Source: Acanthaster planci
Taxonomy: Eukaryota
Assembly (NCBI RefSeq): GCF_001949145.1
Contig: NW_019091355.1
Location: 4,227,374 to 4,291,373 of the forward strand
Length of the DNA stretch: 64,000 bases
Direction: 5' to 3'
The notes under the pieces were generated by a model. That model ran no database searches. It was not told where the DNA came from and saw nothing but the letters and a program-made list of their open reading frames with translations. Of this stretch, positions 46,761 through 61,968 are shown in pieces (the stretch's first letter is position 1; every line of letters starts with the position of its first letter). The position numbers and the translations under genes were made by a program.

Positions 46761-49700
46761 TATAGCTCTATGCGTCTGAACAATTAAGTCGAAACAGCAT
46801 CCTTCCTTGCTTTGGTTGAATGCTGCAGCTCACATGCCCACCGATGGCAGAGGGTTCGGTGATGGGTGACTTTTGTTCAAAATAATCCAAAGGGCGTATC
46901 CAGAACCAAATTTTGAGGGGGAGTATGTATGTAACCTTTATGACCTTTTTGAGGACTAAGGCTACTTTTTGGTGCTTTTTACGATCTGTTGGGAGGGAGA
47001 GGAAATAGACAGACATTGCCTTTCTTTCAATGTTAAAAATTGCCCGTTTTTTGTGAATGAAGCATCCCCACCCCGCTCTCCAGATCCACCCTACTTTTTT
47101 GTATAGTCGATATCCACGGCGCCGTGTTGGTTTCACACAGATCTGGATCGTGCCAGTGATTCGTTGTTGGTTTACGGACACCAAAACGCGCCTTATTGGT
47201 GGTGCGAACCATCGTCAGGATCATTGATCCAGATCCAGATCCACATTAACACGTGGACCAGTGGTGTGGTCGAGGTCCCTGACACGCACGTGCTAATGTT
47301 CAATGTACATGTACTGTACGTACATAATTTACCATTGAATCTGGTCATGGCTTGGAGTAATACCGGAAGAATGATGGTATCCAGATGTTGTGTTTGGGTT
47401 GTACGACAAGGGATCTGATTCTTCAGATTTCCCAAGTAGCGAAGAAAGCAGCGAAGTGAATTGGTACATGCACATTAATATAAACATCAGTAGGTTTTCA
47501 CAAATTCACAGGTTGGCTCCATGAACACAAACGATGTAATTTATGCTACTTGTGATGGAGGGGCCATACTAAGAAACGGCAATCTCGTGCGCACAGGAAA
47601 AAATCACTATTATAAAGTTTTCACGGAGCACTAAAAATCCCACTTAGATTAGAAACTAAAAGCAAAAACGAGTTAATGGGATTTTCTGAAGAAAAAAACG
47701 AACAAAGCCAGAAAACCTGAGAGAAATGATCATCAGAGTCGCGCCCCGGCAAGAAGTGTGAGCGGGCAATTGAACATGTACAGCCCTGTGTACATTTTCA
47801 ATTGCCCGCTCACACTTCTTGCCGCCAAGGCCATTTGTGCGCATATGCGAGCATATTACGAATTTATTTAGTGCCCTTAAATGTCACATGACTCTGAACC
47901 TGATGACGTCGTCATCATATAATGTCATCTTCGTCGATAACACTTCCCTTTCTAGCAATCTGCAAAGCTTCATACCAATGGGACCTGTACTTCAGGAAAT
48001 AATACGGAATTAACACATGCACCTTTCACGACGTCATTCTCATATCAGGTCAATTCTCGTCTACAACACTTCCCTTTCTAGCTATCTGCAAAGTTTCACG
48101 GTGGAACATTTCATGCAAAAGATAGGGTGGACCTTAATTACTGGACACTAATCTTCAATATTACAGACAGAAAATGTTCGTAACCTACAGGTTCACGACC
48201 CCGTTCACGGCTCTTGAACACATAGGAAGGCAAAAAAACAAAACAAAACAAAATCAAAACAGATGGCCACTTATGTAAAACCTTATGCGTCTCCTGTATC
48301 AAAAAAGCAGAACAGCAGAATTCAAGGTTGTCAAAACGTTCGATCCTCCTTTCTGCCTGTCCCAAAGGAGAAAAGCAGATGGCCACTTTTCGGCCGCAAG
48401 TGAACGAGGGAAAAGTAAATCTGATTTTCTGGTTGCAGAAAAGCAGAAAAGTAGAAAAGTGCATCACACACAAAAAAAATGTTTAGTCTGCTTTTCAGGT
48501 AGCAGAAAAGTAGAAAATTGTATGTTACAAGGACGTAAATCTGCTTTTCTGCTCCTCTGAAGGTAGAAAAGCAGATGGCCAATTTTCGTCCTTAATACTT
48601 ACTTAGCCGAATTTCGGTGTTGTAAACATTGTGCATTAAGAATATCAATAGAGGGCGCTATTAGCTGTGGCCGGCAACCACGAGCACAGCATCGTGATCG
48701 CTTTGACACCCTTTTCGGGCGTTGGGCGGGAAGGGCTGATGGCCTTGCGCAGAGTTTAGCGAAGGAAATACGTCGCACGGGGTCACAACCAACGACACGC
48801 AGAGTATTTTGGTAAATTTCTGCCAGGCGTGCGAGCTCGCTCAACGTGGGGATTAATTATTATTCGACATTTTTTTCTTTTCTTCCTCATTGCTGAGAAT
48901 ATTCTCACTTCACTTTATTAGTTCACCCAAAATTGATCAAGATAACCATAACCAATGATTTGAAATTATTGCCAAAAGACACGTGATCACTGATACTTAA
49001 CGAGAAGATAAATTACCGTGAGAGGATCAAAGCTATATTTTTTAAAAATCATTTTAGCCAACACTTTGACCTGTGTCAAAGCATTGTCAACGGCAAACCA
49101 AAAACTCAAAACAAGGCTTCCCAACAGGAAGAGATAACCTCGCGGTCGGAGGTCATGCACAAAGAAGCCCTTCCCAGCGCCCTGTTTTGGGCGCTGGGAA
49201 ACGAGTGCAGATCCGAGAGAATATGGAACGGCCTGCCCCGGCCATCCCGTCCCTCGCAGTTGACAATTAACCCGTATTTACAATGTAAGCGAGTATGGGT
49301 TTATGATTTAAGTTACAGAAGACACATTGAACATTTCATACCCTACAAAAGCTTTCTTTTAAAAATTATTTGGCTAAGTTGGTGTAACATTTGGGCTGAT
49401 TTTTGGACTAAACAGCCAGCCAGCCAGCGAGAAAAATTAACTTTTCTCCAATCTGAAAAACAGATTTATTTCTCTTTTAAGCCAAACGTTTTGACGGCAA
49501 GTTATTTTTTACTTATCATCCCCTGAGTGGCATGCAGGTCACCCTGTTTATGTAGCACCGCGTCTAGACCCGGCCTTCGAACCAACCCCCAAAAAAATGT
49601 TATTGCAGAAAAACAACATATGAAAACCTCGAAAGGTCTGCTGAGAAGCAAATGTCAATGCAAAACTGATCAAGAACCATTTTTTTAGGGGGATGGAAAA

Positions 49701-50067
49701 TGCTTTGTAATTCGTAGTACGCTGGTGTCCGTGCGCTTTCTTTTCGCAGACACCAGGCGCCACCTTGCGGCCAAATATCTTCTCGCGCGCTCTTCCCATG
49801 CTGGTATCCACTCGTTTCTGTCTAATGCCTTGTACGATAAATTTACTGACTACCAGCGATACCGATTCAACAAACTGGCTAAAAATGTACGTGTACATAG
49901 TGCACTGTATGAGAAACGTGTACGATATGAATGGCTTTCCAGTGACTGAAGGCCTACACGTAAGTTTAGCCGCCGTGCCCCGTGTGAGTCTTCGCCCCGG
50001 CTCGAGCTCCCGGTCACGTCGTGTCCGGCGGTGACGTGAGTACGATAATACCGACACTGAAATCAAC

Positions 50068-50220
50068 ATGGACGAAATGACCGACGGAGTCAAGACTCTG
50101 AATCTCCAGCGGGCTCTTTCTGGGGGATTTGGTTTCTCGTTGATGGGAGGGAAGGGGACCAGCTTCCCTCCAGTCATATGTGACGTCTTGAGCAATTCGC
50201 CAGCCTCGAGGTGTGAGCAG
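50068..50220 (+). CDS. First coding exon of a PDZ-domain protein (remainder not found in window)
   Basis: aacATGG in a CpG-rich region. Encodes MDEMTDGVKTLNLQRALSGGFGFSLMGGKGTSFPPVICDVLSNSPASRCEQ, with a PDZ GFGF carboxylate loop and SPA motif. CAG|gtgagg donor. Confidence 0.8.
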
Positions 50221-52469
50221 GTGAGGCAGTATTATCGGGGGCGGTGACCAAATCACTGAATGCGCCCCGAGCATGTCGAGCATGTCTGGCAAATGCAGGA
50301 CTCCCCTTTAAATCCTCGTCCCTGCATCATGTAGCCCCAGGATTGGGCTATTCAATTTCAACTGGACAGTCTCCGTATCCTTGGCCCTACCCACGAAGAT
50401 AAAAACCTTCTGAAAAGGGTTTGCGTTTTAAATTGAACAATTTTTGAAAGGCACTGCCACGGGGCATGCTGGTTATGCTGGATACTAAACATGACAATGT
50501 ACCCTACGTGTTGGATGAAGCCACAGTAGTCAACAAACTACATGTACATGAACTGGCTGTCCATATGCAAAATACATCAGACTTAAGTGTCAGTTTGATT
50601 TCAAAAGGGTGATGTCACCACCTTAAAAAGGCATTTATGCGAAAATTTTTGTATTTTGAATATCATTTTGTTTTACTTTTTTGTGGAATGATGTTACACA
50701 CTTTCTTCTGCGAATTTGTCTTAACCGCCTTGCATGCCCTTGGCGTTCATCACAACTACATGTGTATGGGAACTAGGTACGGATATAGGCTTGCCAAAGT
50801 TCTAAATATGGTCCACTCTCATAACAAAGCTGTGGGGACCAGACATAACATTAATTAGGACTTGTTACAAAAGGAATGAAAATACAGGAAAAAAAAGAAT
50901 GGTATTTTGTTGCGGTGTTCTCTTATATAGGGAGCTGACAGTACTTAATATGCTGTGTGATGTTGATTTGAAAGTGCTGTGCAGGTGAACGAGAGATGTG
51001 GCTGAAGGGGCAGGTAGATATGTACATGTACTGTACTGTGTATAACGAGGGTGATGCATGATTGTGACCTGCTTTTCCACCTACTGTGTGTTGGAAGGGG
51101 ATGGATTATGGTTGAAATAATACATTTTGTGATGAATTTTGAGAACAACCTGAACTTATGTTGGTGTTTTGAGTGTGAACTCTTTTATGGTTAATCTTTT
51201 CAGGATGACACATTTTTATGTTGATGTCACCGTTCCATTGGTTTCTTATGAAGGGGAATCGGTGAAAAAAAACCATAAAGCTACATGTATAAAAACTAGA
51301 GCGCCGCTGACTCGTACATGTACAAAGTGATGCCTGCTGGGCGCACCCATGTTTGAGCACAAACGTATGGAAAACTCAAAATTTTGTACGGCCTTTGTAC
51401 AGCTATTTGCATCTGCGTCTGTATTCTAAAATGATACCTCAACAAAGCCCATACACAAAAACCTAACTTGCAATCAGTAAATGAACGTCTCATTTTGCTC
51501 TGTGTAAACAATGCCTACGCGTGCACGTAAGCGCTGCATATAATTTTGCTGTGACTTTTAAAATTTTATTTCAGTGGTACGCGATGCACGTTGCTTTTAG
51601 AGTAGGCTACATAATTCGATTTTCATTCTATCTGATATTTAATGTTCTACAAGCGCGCACATGGATTCAAAAAGGTCTGCACCTTTGACAGCGTCAAATT
51701 TTCTCAGTGCGGAGAATGAGACGTTAGCGCTCCAGTAATTCAGTATAGCTCTTTGGAAACAACTCACCTTTCATGCACTGTGGACACTCTTTTTAGGCTG
51801 GATTTTTGTGGATGGTTCCTTGACTGTTCCTCTTCCTTTCATTTCAGATAATCCTAATCCCAAAATGCTCACGAAACTGTCTTCCTGAAAGGGAAATCCT
51901 TGTGTGGACGTGGCTTTGTCCACTCAGGGTTCACGCAATCTACATTATGTGGACCTCTTCTATAATTGTGTCCATGCTTCGCACTTGTATGTTAGGTTGG
52001 TACACATTTGTATCGTGAACCGACGGTACCTGTGTACCATGTATGTATGTTTACATTGGACATGTACACGTACTTATTGCTTGACATTGATCGTACACGT
52101 AATGTATTGATGCATGCTTACAAAACAAAGACAATTATTTCTTCACATCTGCTTCACATTGGAAAGGAACATCTCTTGAGGAATTTGCTTTTTAAACCCA
52201 CTATTGGAAAGGAATCTCAAAATAATGCCTCGGTGGACTTTTAAAGTCTCATTTGATAGTGGGGCCCTATTCATAGGAAGCCATTTTAATATGTGTTCCC
52301 AGAATCCGTCTATGCTCAATGCAGTCTGTCAAATAAGTGGTGCCAGACAAACTGTATTTGGGATTGCCTCACTTTCAATTTCTAATTAAACTATGGCTTC
52401 AAACGTTTTGATATAATTAATCACAAATTTCAAATCGTTTAGAAAATTATCAAAAAATAAATGGCATTA

Positions 52470-53200
52470 GCTGACCCTAACCTGCCCTAACCACACAGAA
52501 TTCATCACCAGTAAAGTGTGTGAGTTTGTGGCATTGGGTACTGGTNNNNNNNNNNNNNNNNNNNNNNNNNNNNNNNNNNNNNNNNNNNNNNNNNNNNNNN
52601 NNNNNNNNNNNNNNNNNNNNNNNNNNNNNNNNNNNNNNNNNNNNNNNNNNNNNNNNNNNNNNNNNNNNNNNNNNNNNNNNNNNNNNNNNNNNNNNNNNNN
52701 NNNNNNNNNNNNNNNNNNNNNNNNNNNNNNNNNNNNNNNNNNNNNNNNNNNNNNNNNNNNNNNNNNNNNNNNNNNNNNNNNNNNNNNNNNNNNNNNNNNN
52801 NNNNNNNNNNNNNNNNNNNNNNNNNNNNNNNNNNNNNNNNNNNNNNNNNNNNNNNNNNNNNNNNNNNNNNNNNNNNNNNNNNNNNNNNNNNNNNNNNNNN
52901 NNNNNNNNNNNNNNNNNNNNNNNNNNNNNNNNNNNNNNNAGCATGATGGTGTGTGAGTTTGTTGGAATAGGTACTGCCTGTCCATACTTTTTGTACTGTG
53001 CAATGGGCCTGCTGTACCCAATCAAACAAAATCACACAAGTAAAGACCTGTTGGAATTTGTGGGATTAGGTACTCTTGCAACAGAAGTACTGTTGAAGTC
53101 TGTGGGATTGGGTACTGGGAGGTAAGAGTGTTTTTCCAAGGTTTTGAAGTTTGTGTGATTGGGGAAGGTTAGGTCCAGCAACCCTTGGGTGGTTAGAGTT
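52470..53200. repeat. Minisatellite-containing element spanning an assembly gap
   Basis: Degenerate units (tgagtttgtgg[c/g]attgggtact) on both sides of the N gap 52546-52939, with ccctaacc / ggttagg inverted ends. Confidence 0.5.
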
Positions 53201-55386
53201 AATTGGTAATGAATTTTTTTATTCTCAGTTGCCAAAAATAAGAAAGTTAATCTGACTTTCATTTCAATATGGCCGACTTATGAGTAAGGCCAATTGGCAA
53301 TAAAGGCTTCTTAACACACTCATGTAATAGCATTTAATTAATGGGAAAAATGGTCACTAGTGCTAACATCAAGACTTGTACCTGACTGTAAATGCAAGAC
53401 AAAATCTGCCAGTTGTAATTTTTTTTCTTTTCATTGTGGAGAGGATAGAAGACAGTACTTCTGACAAACTAGAGCAGTCTTTGCTGGACTTTGGCTGCGA
53501 TGCAAGTACTCCAGGTTAGATATTAGACAGACACGACAGAAATCCAACCACAAGTTAATCACATTTGCTGTCTGGAACCTGTCGTCCAGATCTTTTAATA
53601 TGTGCGCAGTTTAGACGCCCCCCCCCAGTCAATTTAATTCCATTGATCAGCGGAGAATGTACAGCTTATTGCATTCACTCCAGACTGCAGGCTATGCACG
53701 TTGAAAGGTTGACTTGATCAATCAGTGGGGCAATCGCTTCCCTCCACGTTGGACCAAATTCAGGGAGTTTGTCGAGCATTGTATATTGGAAGTTTTCGTA
53801 AAAATTGCACCGTGGCCTCTAAGAAGTTAATAGTTGGCAGAAAACTAAGAATTCAACAGGCCTACAGCTGCAGAATTTGGCGATGTCTTAGAAGGTGGGG
53901 GGAAAGGTTGCGCATTTATACACGTACATTACGTTTCTCAGAAGCTTAGTGCAAGTATAGCAAGCATTAAGGAGTGTACACGTAGTCTGGTTATGCATTC
54001 GGGGTGTATTATGACATAAAATTGCGCAGGGCACGGACCCTTGCATGTTCCTCCGCATACAGTCTTGCCTTACGTCTCGCTAGCGTCGTCCATCTACGAC
54101 TCTACATGTAGGCCCTCGGTCTGGTTCCCCAGTTGTTTTTGCATGCATGAAGGCAGACTACAGACATCATGGCGTGCTGTGGAGAACACATCTGGATGTA
54201 ACTGCATGCTGAAACATTGTCACACTTGTGTACATCGTGTGTTTTATTTTCCTGACTTCCTTGTTGCATGTCTGATGACATATACAGTGTACGTGTAGGT
54301 AAGATTATCTCATCTCACAGTCCCCCCAAATCCTGATCATTTCACGAAATTTGAGAACAATCCTCAATTTCCTCATGGTGCAGTATGTTGACAGTGGAAA
54401 TAAATGTTCAGTTCTGTGAATTTGCAAGGTTCTCACAGTTGATGTAGGTGTGACGTGGGACTTTCAATGCCCCTGGTGGTTGTGTAGTACTGTCCACGAT
54501 CATGGACAAGGTCAAGGGTCTTCAGATTTTTCCTCACTGCATGTATCTGATCTTAGTCGAGCAGAAGACAGGTATTGATCTGTTGTAGACTACAAAGGCA
54601 TTGTAAAAGCCACCCACATCTAACCTCTGTTCTTCGTTGCAGTTTAAATTTTCTTCTGGAGGAATTCCCTTACAGTTGTTAAATTTTGTGAAGACAAAAA
54701 GCCTTCAATTAAAAAAATGACATGTGCATGTTTGTAAATGCACATGGATGTTCTGTGTATTGTACAAAGGGTGCAAGCATATCTGGCATATCCGGCTCTT
54801 CAGCAAGTAATTTTTAAAGCATTCTTTGTTGTCAAATGTGCAGTGAATGTATTATGCAGGGTGTCTGCATCCTTTCTTATCAGCGTCAAAATCCTGTGTC
54901 ATCATTGCATTGCTTGAAGCTGCAGGGATGTGCATGTGGCACTTCGGTCCCCCATTAAATCTTGGCAGTGAGTGATCTTGCAGGTTTCTTTTTTTGTCTT
55001 TTTAATCTCTAAGAGGCTTGGCTTTTATCTGGCATCATCTTGAGTAAGCGCGGCCCGGAGATGGGCTCACTCCAGGAGAGGGATCTATCTGTCAGGGAAG
55101 AAGAGGCTTCAACATGTCATTTTCTTTTGTGCGTCACAGTATGGATTGTGAAAGATCAGATGAGTCCTGCCTAAATGAAAGAGGATTGTGGTGGCTCAGG
55201 AATCTAGTAGTAGGGGGTGGGCTTCTGTCCATCCCGTCTCTATTTGATATACATGTAGCCTGGAATCTCTATTTTAATATTTTTCATTCACCCCAGGGTT
55301 TAGGGCTTCATGTTGGGATGACACATTCTCGGGTACCTAGGGTATGTGTACAATGTACATGTACCTATGGCATTGTTCTCTTTATA

Positions 55387-55621
55387 TGTGACCCACTCTG
55401 TGAAAATGAGTCTTGAGTCGCCAGAACTACTTTGGAGTAAAAAGTCCTTAAGAACAATTTTGCACAGTGTAAATCAATAGGAACCCACAGCATTTTTCAC
55501 CATGAGATATATCCACTTTCATCAGGAAAGGAAAAAAACTCAATTTACTCTTTCCAATACAAATGAGAACTCAAAAAGTGGCTCGGGCGACTTAAAACTC
55601 ATTTTCACCGAGTGGGTCACG
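55387..55621. mobile_element. MITE with long TIRs and TA TSD
   Basis: TA|tgtgacccactctgtgaaaatgagt ... actcattttcaccgagtgggtcacg|TA. Confidence 0.75.
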
Positions 55622-58600
55622 TATTGTCAGTGCACACGCTCAGTACATTTTCCTGCAACTGTAAGATGTTTAAAAAAATAAATAAATAAAATGTACGTAC
55701 TAGAATGTGGTTGTTAAATATTTAGCATTCTTTCCATCACGTACATGTCCGGTAGAAATGAAAACAAACCTGAAAGGAGTACAGTAAACAGTTCCTTAGG
55801 ATGTTCGGTTAATTTATAATACTCGTATGTGGTCCCTGTACATGTACATGTTTTCTGTTTTGATGTTGATGCACTTGTTCATGCACATGTATGTAAACAT
55901 GAACATGTTGACAACGTCGAGCATGATTGGCTGAATTGGATTTGTGAACCGGTACATATCCCTGGTACACGTACCAATACAAGCGCACGGTATGCACATG
56001 TACATATGTACGTTCCGTTATAACGAAGTGGTCCAAAGTTGTTGCTTACTGAAGTACTGATACCATTTTGGTCAAAACCTCCTTTGACTAAAACTTCATA
56101 CACCTGTACATTATATAAAAATCACCTACATGTACATGTATTTGGAGAATAAACCAATCACAGTGTAAGAGGCAAGAATTCACATTTGCATGTCAGTGGA
56201 CTCCAAGGATGTAAAGTATGTAATCTTCCTTTGGCTCACGCCGGAAAGGCTTTGTTGCTTCGGCGAACCAGTGATTAACAGGAGATGAGCGACGTGGATT
56301 ACGCTCCAGATTATAGGCATATTACCCACTCGGTTTAAAAGGTTTCTCAAAGCAGAGATGCTATGGAGGCCAATCAGGGAGTGAGATACAGGTTCCAGGA
56401 GAAGATTAACTAAAGATTGTACCATAACGGTACCTACATGTACATGCAGTCATGTCATTCTTTGCTTTTTCATTTCCTGATCGAGATTGCTGTGTAGTTG
56501 CAGATTCAGGAGCTCTTCAGATCTTTTTTACAGGTAAATCGGTGGAACACTTTTTTGGCACCTGGGAAGAAAACTTCATCGTTTGAACTGTTGATGCAGT
56601 TGCTGCCTTTTTGGAACATTGCCTTTGGTGGATCCGTTTTTTATCAGATGAAAGTGCGTTGTTGTTGTGGTACACCACCAATGCATTGTTGTGTGCATGC
56701 CACTGATGTATACCGGGACACGTACCAAACTATCAGAGCGGCGGCAAAGCTTTAGTCCCAACCATCATCGGATCATGGCTTCCACATTTCCAAAGACATA
56801 CCGCAAGAAACGGTACAACCACCCTCATCACAAGCGATCTCGTCCCGCTTGCCAGCAGGGACTGTATGTTCATTGTGTCAGGGTTTGCTCCACCACGAGG
56901 GTACTGAGGGTAAGTGGTAGGACAACCGCGATCCACTCAGTGAAAATGTGTCATGGGGCTATCATTTGTTTCAGCTTGCATTCGAAAGAGGAAGTGTAGC
57001 TCTCTGTGTTGATGCCTCAGTCTTTTTTTTTTGCATCCGTATGGTAATGGACATTGCGTGAGTGAAAACTATTGATGGTTCCTATTGATTTTCCATCGCG
57101 CAAGATTCTTTTAAAGGCTAGCAACTCAAAAATGGCCCTGGCAATTTATTACTCATGGTCCCAGAGCAGGTCACATTTATTATGTGACAATTTACAGAGT
57201 TGACAGTTGTACATGTAACTGATTTGTAGATGTGGGGATGGAGTGCCATACGTACATGTACATATGCAAGTTTTAAGCAGCAAAAATCAAATGTTACACC
57301 GTACAGTTAGGCTGTTTTTCCCACAAATGTTTTTGGCCTAATCTCTATCTGCATCCTTTAACTAAACAACCGTACAAATTCTTTTTAACACTTGCCACAA
57401 CTTACGTAAACACCGACGTACGCACGGTGCACAGAAAATGCTAAAGTGCATTAAAAGTAAAACGGTTTGTGCATAGCGTACACATATGTACGTACATGCG
57501 GGTGTCATTTGCTGTTCACATTGTCTCTGCCTGTAATTCTCTGTAAATGTACCGGAAGGATACAAAAGCTCAGCTCAGCCAATGTTTTAGTTTTTGTAGG
57601 TCCACTACGCAGAAATCAGAAACTTTTCTTCCAGCAGGACACTTCATTGCTGAGAGTTTTTAATTCCTACAATTTTCTCTGTGATACATCTTCACGGGAT
57701 GTGACATGCAGCTGCACAATAAAGAGGATTGGGAGAACTAGTTGTTAGATTTTGTGCTGAAACTGAAGTGTCGTCCGCTCTTTACAGTCGAACTTCACTC
57801 GAGAGCTATCTCAAGGGCTTACAATTGTTTGTCTTTGAACTTGAACTACTATTGTCTCAAGTATTTGAATAGCCTGTGAGATATCCATGAACAGTACACA
57901 AACATTACACATGTACAGAGTGTAAATGCCAGCCTGTCAACCTACATACAGTATGGACAAGTGTACTGTACGTGTACATTGTACATGAGGCAGACACCTG
58001 CCAGGGTAAATTGACTGAGTTGGCCTGGGCCAGATCCAGCATCCAGGTAAGGAAGATGGCAGAGGTTAGTCAAAGGCTCCACAAATGGACTTCAGACCTT
58101 CTGGACAGGCTTGTTACATGTACATGTACATGCTAAATATTGTAATAATTTATAAATAGACTATAGTTTGGTTTGCAAGATTTGCCAAGTACCGGTACGC
58201 ATGCCTACCATACACACATGTACATGTACCATTCTGTTAATTGTGAATCGTTAACTTTAAATTTACATACATGTACAAGTACATGTACATTGTATACTTC
58301 ACAGGGTTACAGCCAGTGAATTCTAAGTAATGGCCAAAGTTGTGCAGTAGNNNNNNNNNNNNNNNNNNNNNNNNNNNNNNNNNNNNNNNNNNNNNNNNNN
58401 NNNNNNNNNNNNNNNNNNNNNNNNNNNNNNNNNNNNNNNNNNNNNNNNNNNNNNNNNNNNNNNNNNNNNNNNNNNNNNNNNNNNNNNNNNNNNNNNNNNN
58501 NNNNNNNNNNNNNNNNNNNNNNNNNNNNNNNNNNNNNNNNNNNNNNNNNNNNNNNNNNNNNNNNNNNNNNNNNNNNNNNNNNNNNNNNNNNNNNNNNNNN

Positions 58601-60973
58601 NNNNNNNNNNNNNNNNNNNNNNNNNNNNNNNNNNNNNNNNNNNNNNNNNNNNNNNNNNNNNNNNNNNNNNNNNNNNNNNNNNNNNNNNNNNNNNNNNNNN
58701 NNNNNNNNNNNNNNNNNNNNNNNNNNNNNNNNNNNNNNNNNNNNNNNNNNNNNNNNNNNNNNNNNNNNNNNNNNNNNNNNNNNNNNNNNNNNNNNNNNNN
58801 NNNNNNNNNNNNNNNNNNNNNNNNNNNNNNNNNNNNNNNNNNNNNNNNNNNNNNNNNNNNNNNNNNNNNNNNNNNNNNNNNNNNNNNNNNNNNNNNNNNN
58901 NNNNNNNNNTTTTTGTACATGTACGGTACCGAGGCGATGGCACAAAATTAAAGTCAAAATTTAGCACTTACACCATTTGGCAGCAATAACGACTGAAACC
59001 CTCAATCATAATCAAGTGTATGTACCTGTTCATGAACATTGTACAAGTGCTTGTACAGTATCGTCACATTGCCAATTTGACTCGTGAATATGCAGTAGCA
59101 GCATTGTACAATACATGTATTACATGCGAGCACAGTTATGGCTGACACGACACAAGCAATCTGGAGGGCCACATTTACATTGTCCAGTTGAAAGAGGTTT
59201 TATATACAAGTATATGTAGAGGGTACATGTATGTACTGTGCAGCTGAGAGAAGGACTGGTCAAACTTGTCCAATTGAATGTACGGTGCATGTTAATAGAC
59301 ACACATCAAAACTCAAATGCACAGTAGGCCTACATGTACATGTGCTGTATCAGCACATTTGGAGGGAAATTCACTGTTGGAATGACTGCACACACACATT
59401 CTGCTCTCTTTTGCTCCCCAAAACACATTCAAGTCTGTTCTCATTTTTTCTTTTAAAAAAAAGGAGGAAACCATAAATGTAGGCCTACATGTATAAACTG
59501 TTTTTATGTTTTTTGCAAATGTTTTGAACATGGAGCTTCATATTAAAAGTAGAGCGCTTGCTTCTCATTCGATTTGACGCCGTCCTGGGCTCAGTAATTT
59601 TGAATCCATGTGCATAGTTGCAGAACATTGAAAGATTTTTAAAAGAATTTGAAAAGTGTGCGCAGTATGCCCGCAGGTGGAGCTCAGGTGTTAACTGTTA
59701 CAATATGCATGCCAGCAAGCATTCAGCCAAACATACCGGAGGTAGTAGTAAGATTAAGTCGGCGTTTATCAGTTTTATTTTTATTACATGTATGCACCAA
59801 TGTGGTTATGTACAGATTGATAATTACTAATTTCTTAATCCGCCCCTCCCTTAGAAGTGAGCGAGGGTGGGAACCTCAACCTCATGTGGGTACTTTAAAC
59901 GGAAGATTTAATGATGCTGTCAAATCAATGGTGTAATGGCTTTGCGATAGATCACGAGCTGTAGGTCATGCACCTGCACTGTCGGGTCATGCACCTGCGC
60001 TGTCAGCCTTGGCCTCACAAGAAAGTCACACAAACAATTCATTTTGGGTACACGGCAGTAAAATCATAGATGAGGTTTTAAAATATTCTGAGGCTGGTCC
60101 TTCATCAGAGCATATTTGATTTGAAAGGCAGCGCTGACTGTGCATATTACGTGCTTGTACGTACAAGTGGTTTATCTAGTTGCGTTTCGTTCTGTTTCGT
60201 TTCATTTCATTTCTCTTCTGTTCCCTTGCTGCAGGTTGTTAAAAAAAGATAAATTTAATGTACATACATTGTGCATGTAACATAAAACAAGAAGAAGCAG
60301 GAGTAGATTAGACAGAAAACAGATGAAAACCTTTACAACAAAATTACTGCATGTCCCTGAAGGATTGCCAAGTATTGAACTAAATCACTGTCGGGTATGG
60401 AGTCTCTCCTTGCCTTTGTCACGGGTCTGATTGATACCCTAGGGTGGTTACCATGGATACTGCAGATGTTCAGTTCTCATGTTCACTGTGCTGGTTTTCT
60501 CCCACGAGACAGCCTAAAACCTTTTTTTCTGGATGTTTCCACTGTGGAGTGCCATTACGAAGTGGGCCCATGCAGCAGATGTTCTCATCGCAGTGAGTCC
60601 AGGTTTTGTGTAGAATGTATGGTGCGAGTACATGGTCGGGTTCCAATTTATACTTTTCTCCAATAAACCCAATGTAAAGTACATGTATAGACGCTGTGGA
60701 TTCACCTGTCAGCCATGCAGTCGGGCAGCACGGGTAACACAACAGTCAGTTTTCCCACTGATACCTCCATCCTGCAATCATAATTTCATTTCTGGAGCCT
60801 TTTTACTCATCAGGAAATACGGCAGAATCAAATCCTTTATTACATGTTCACTTGATAAAGGTTACTCAATGCCTTGAACACAGTATCCACACCCTGAACA
60901 CGTTTACTTTACCTATCGGTACCTATCCGCCCTGAGCTGAAGTGCACCCTCGCTGGCGAAAGAAAGACACTTC

Positions 60974-61161
60974 GGTTCTTGCATACATTTGGCGTGCATG
61001 CGAAGACCATACCGGTACATTCCAGAATAAATTTGGTGCGCATACTCAGCGTGCTCTGCATCAAACGCGCCTAAACTTGCGCACCTGTGTGGTGACTGCG
61101 TACCAAAGGGCTGTCGATTTCATTTCAAAACATGCCCTCTTTTGTTCCTGCTCGGAGCGGA
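60974..61161 (+). repeat. Interspersed repeat, copy 2 (see 2576-2742)
   Basis: Colinear match to 2576-2742. Confidence 0.7.
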
Positions 61162-61968
61162 TAGACATTCATTTGTTTTAATGTAAGGAAAACTCTGTGA
61201 CCTAGTGAAAATACTTATTTTGTTCCATTGCGAACACTGATATAAACGTGTAGCTGGAGTTTTGTTAATGGTTTCCGGGACCATTCCTCTTCCTCTTGCT
61301 GCAGATAACCTTAACTCCAAACTGCCTCCAAGAGTAACACTGTCTCAGAAAGAGGACATTCTTGTGTAGACCTGGCATAGTCCTCACAAGGTTTGCGCAA
61401 GCTGCAATGCTTGGACATCCTTTGTTTGTGAGTCTGCATCTTCCCAGGATCATTAACCTCGTGTTTTGTGAAACAAGAGCGGCGCTTCTCTTCTCGAAGT
61501 CCTCACATATTCTTCTCTCTACAGCACTCTGACACGTTCAGTCGCCGACAGCTCAAAGCCAAATCCTCATCCAAATGCAAGCGTACTGCTTTCCACTCTC
61601 CAGTACCGCCTGAAAGTGCATCGGGCATTTGGGAGGGAAGAACAATGAAGCAAAAATTGCCCGTGGCGGAAAAGAACATCAGAGAAATCGATGGCTGCCC
61701 ATATGTCAGAGGGGTGAACGCACTACTCTGTGCACGCACAGGCTTGTAGCTGTTTCTGTCGTATTTGCTTCAATGAAATTATGAGCTTTATGCCTTCTTG
61801 CACATTAATCATTTTTGCTTGACATTTAAGTGCGCTGAGTGTTTTATTGACAGTTTTAATTTGATTTATGCATCCTACTTGTGCATATGTAGCAGTACAG
61901 GTGCAATGTACATGTACTGTACATTGTTTATCATACTGTACATTGTATATCATACACATACGTATCAT

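Noticed and set aside
49548..50195. 215-aa minus-strand ORF
   Set aside because: Antisense shadow of the CpG-rich promoter and PDZ exon, with no protein-like features.
52467..58967. Long ORFs containing X runs
   Set aside because: Artefacts of the N gaps at 52546-52939 and 58351-58909.
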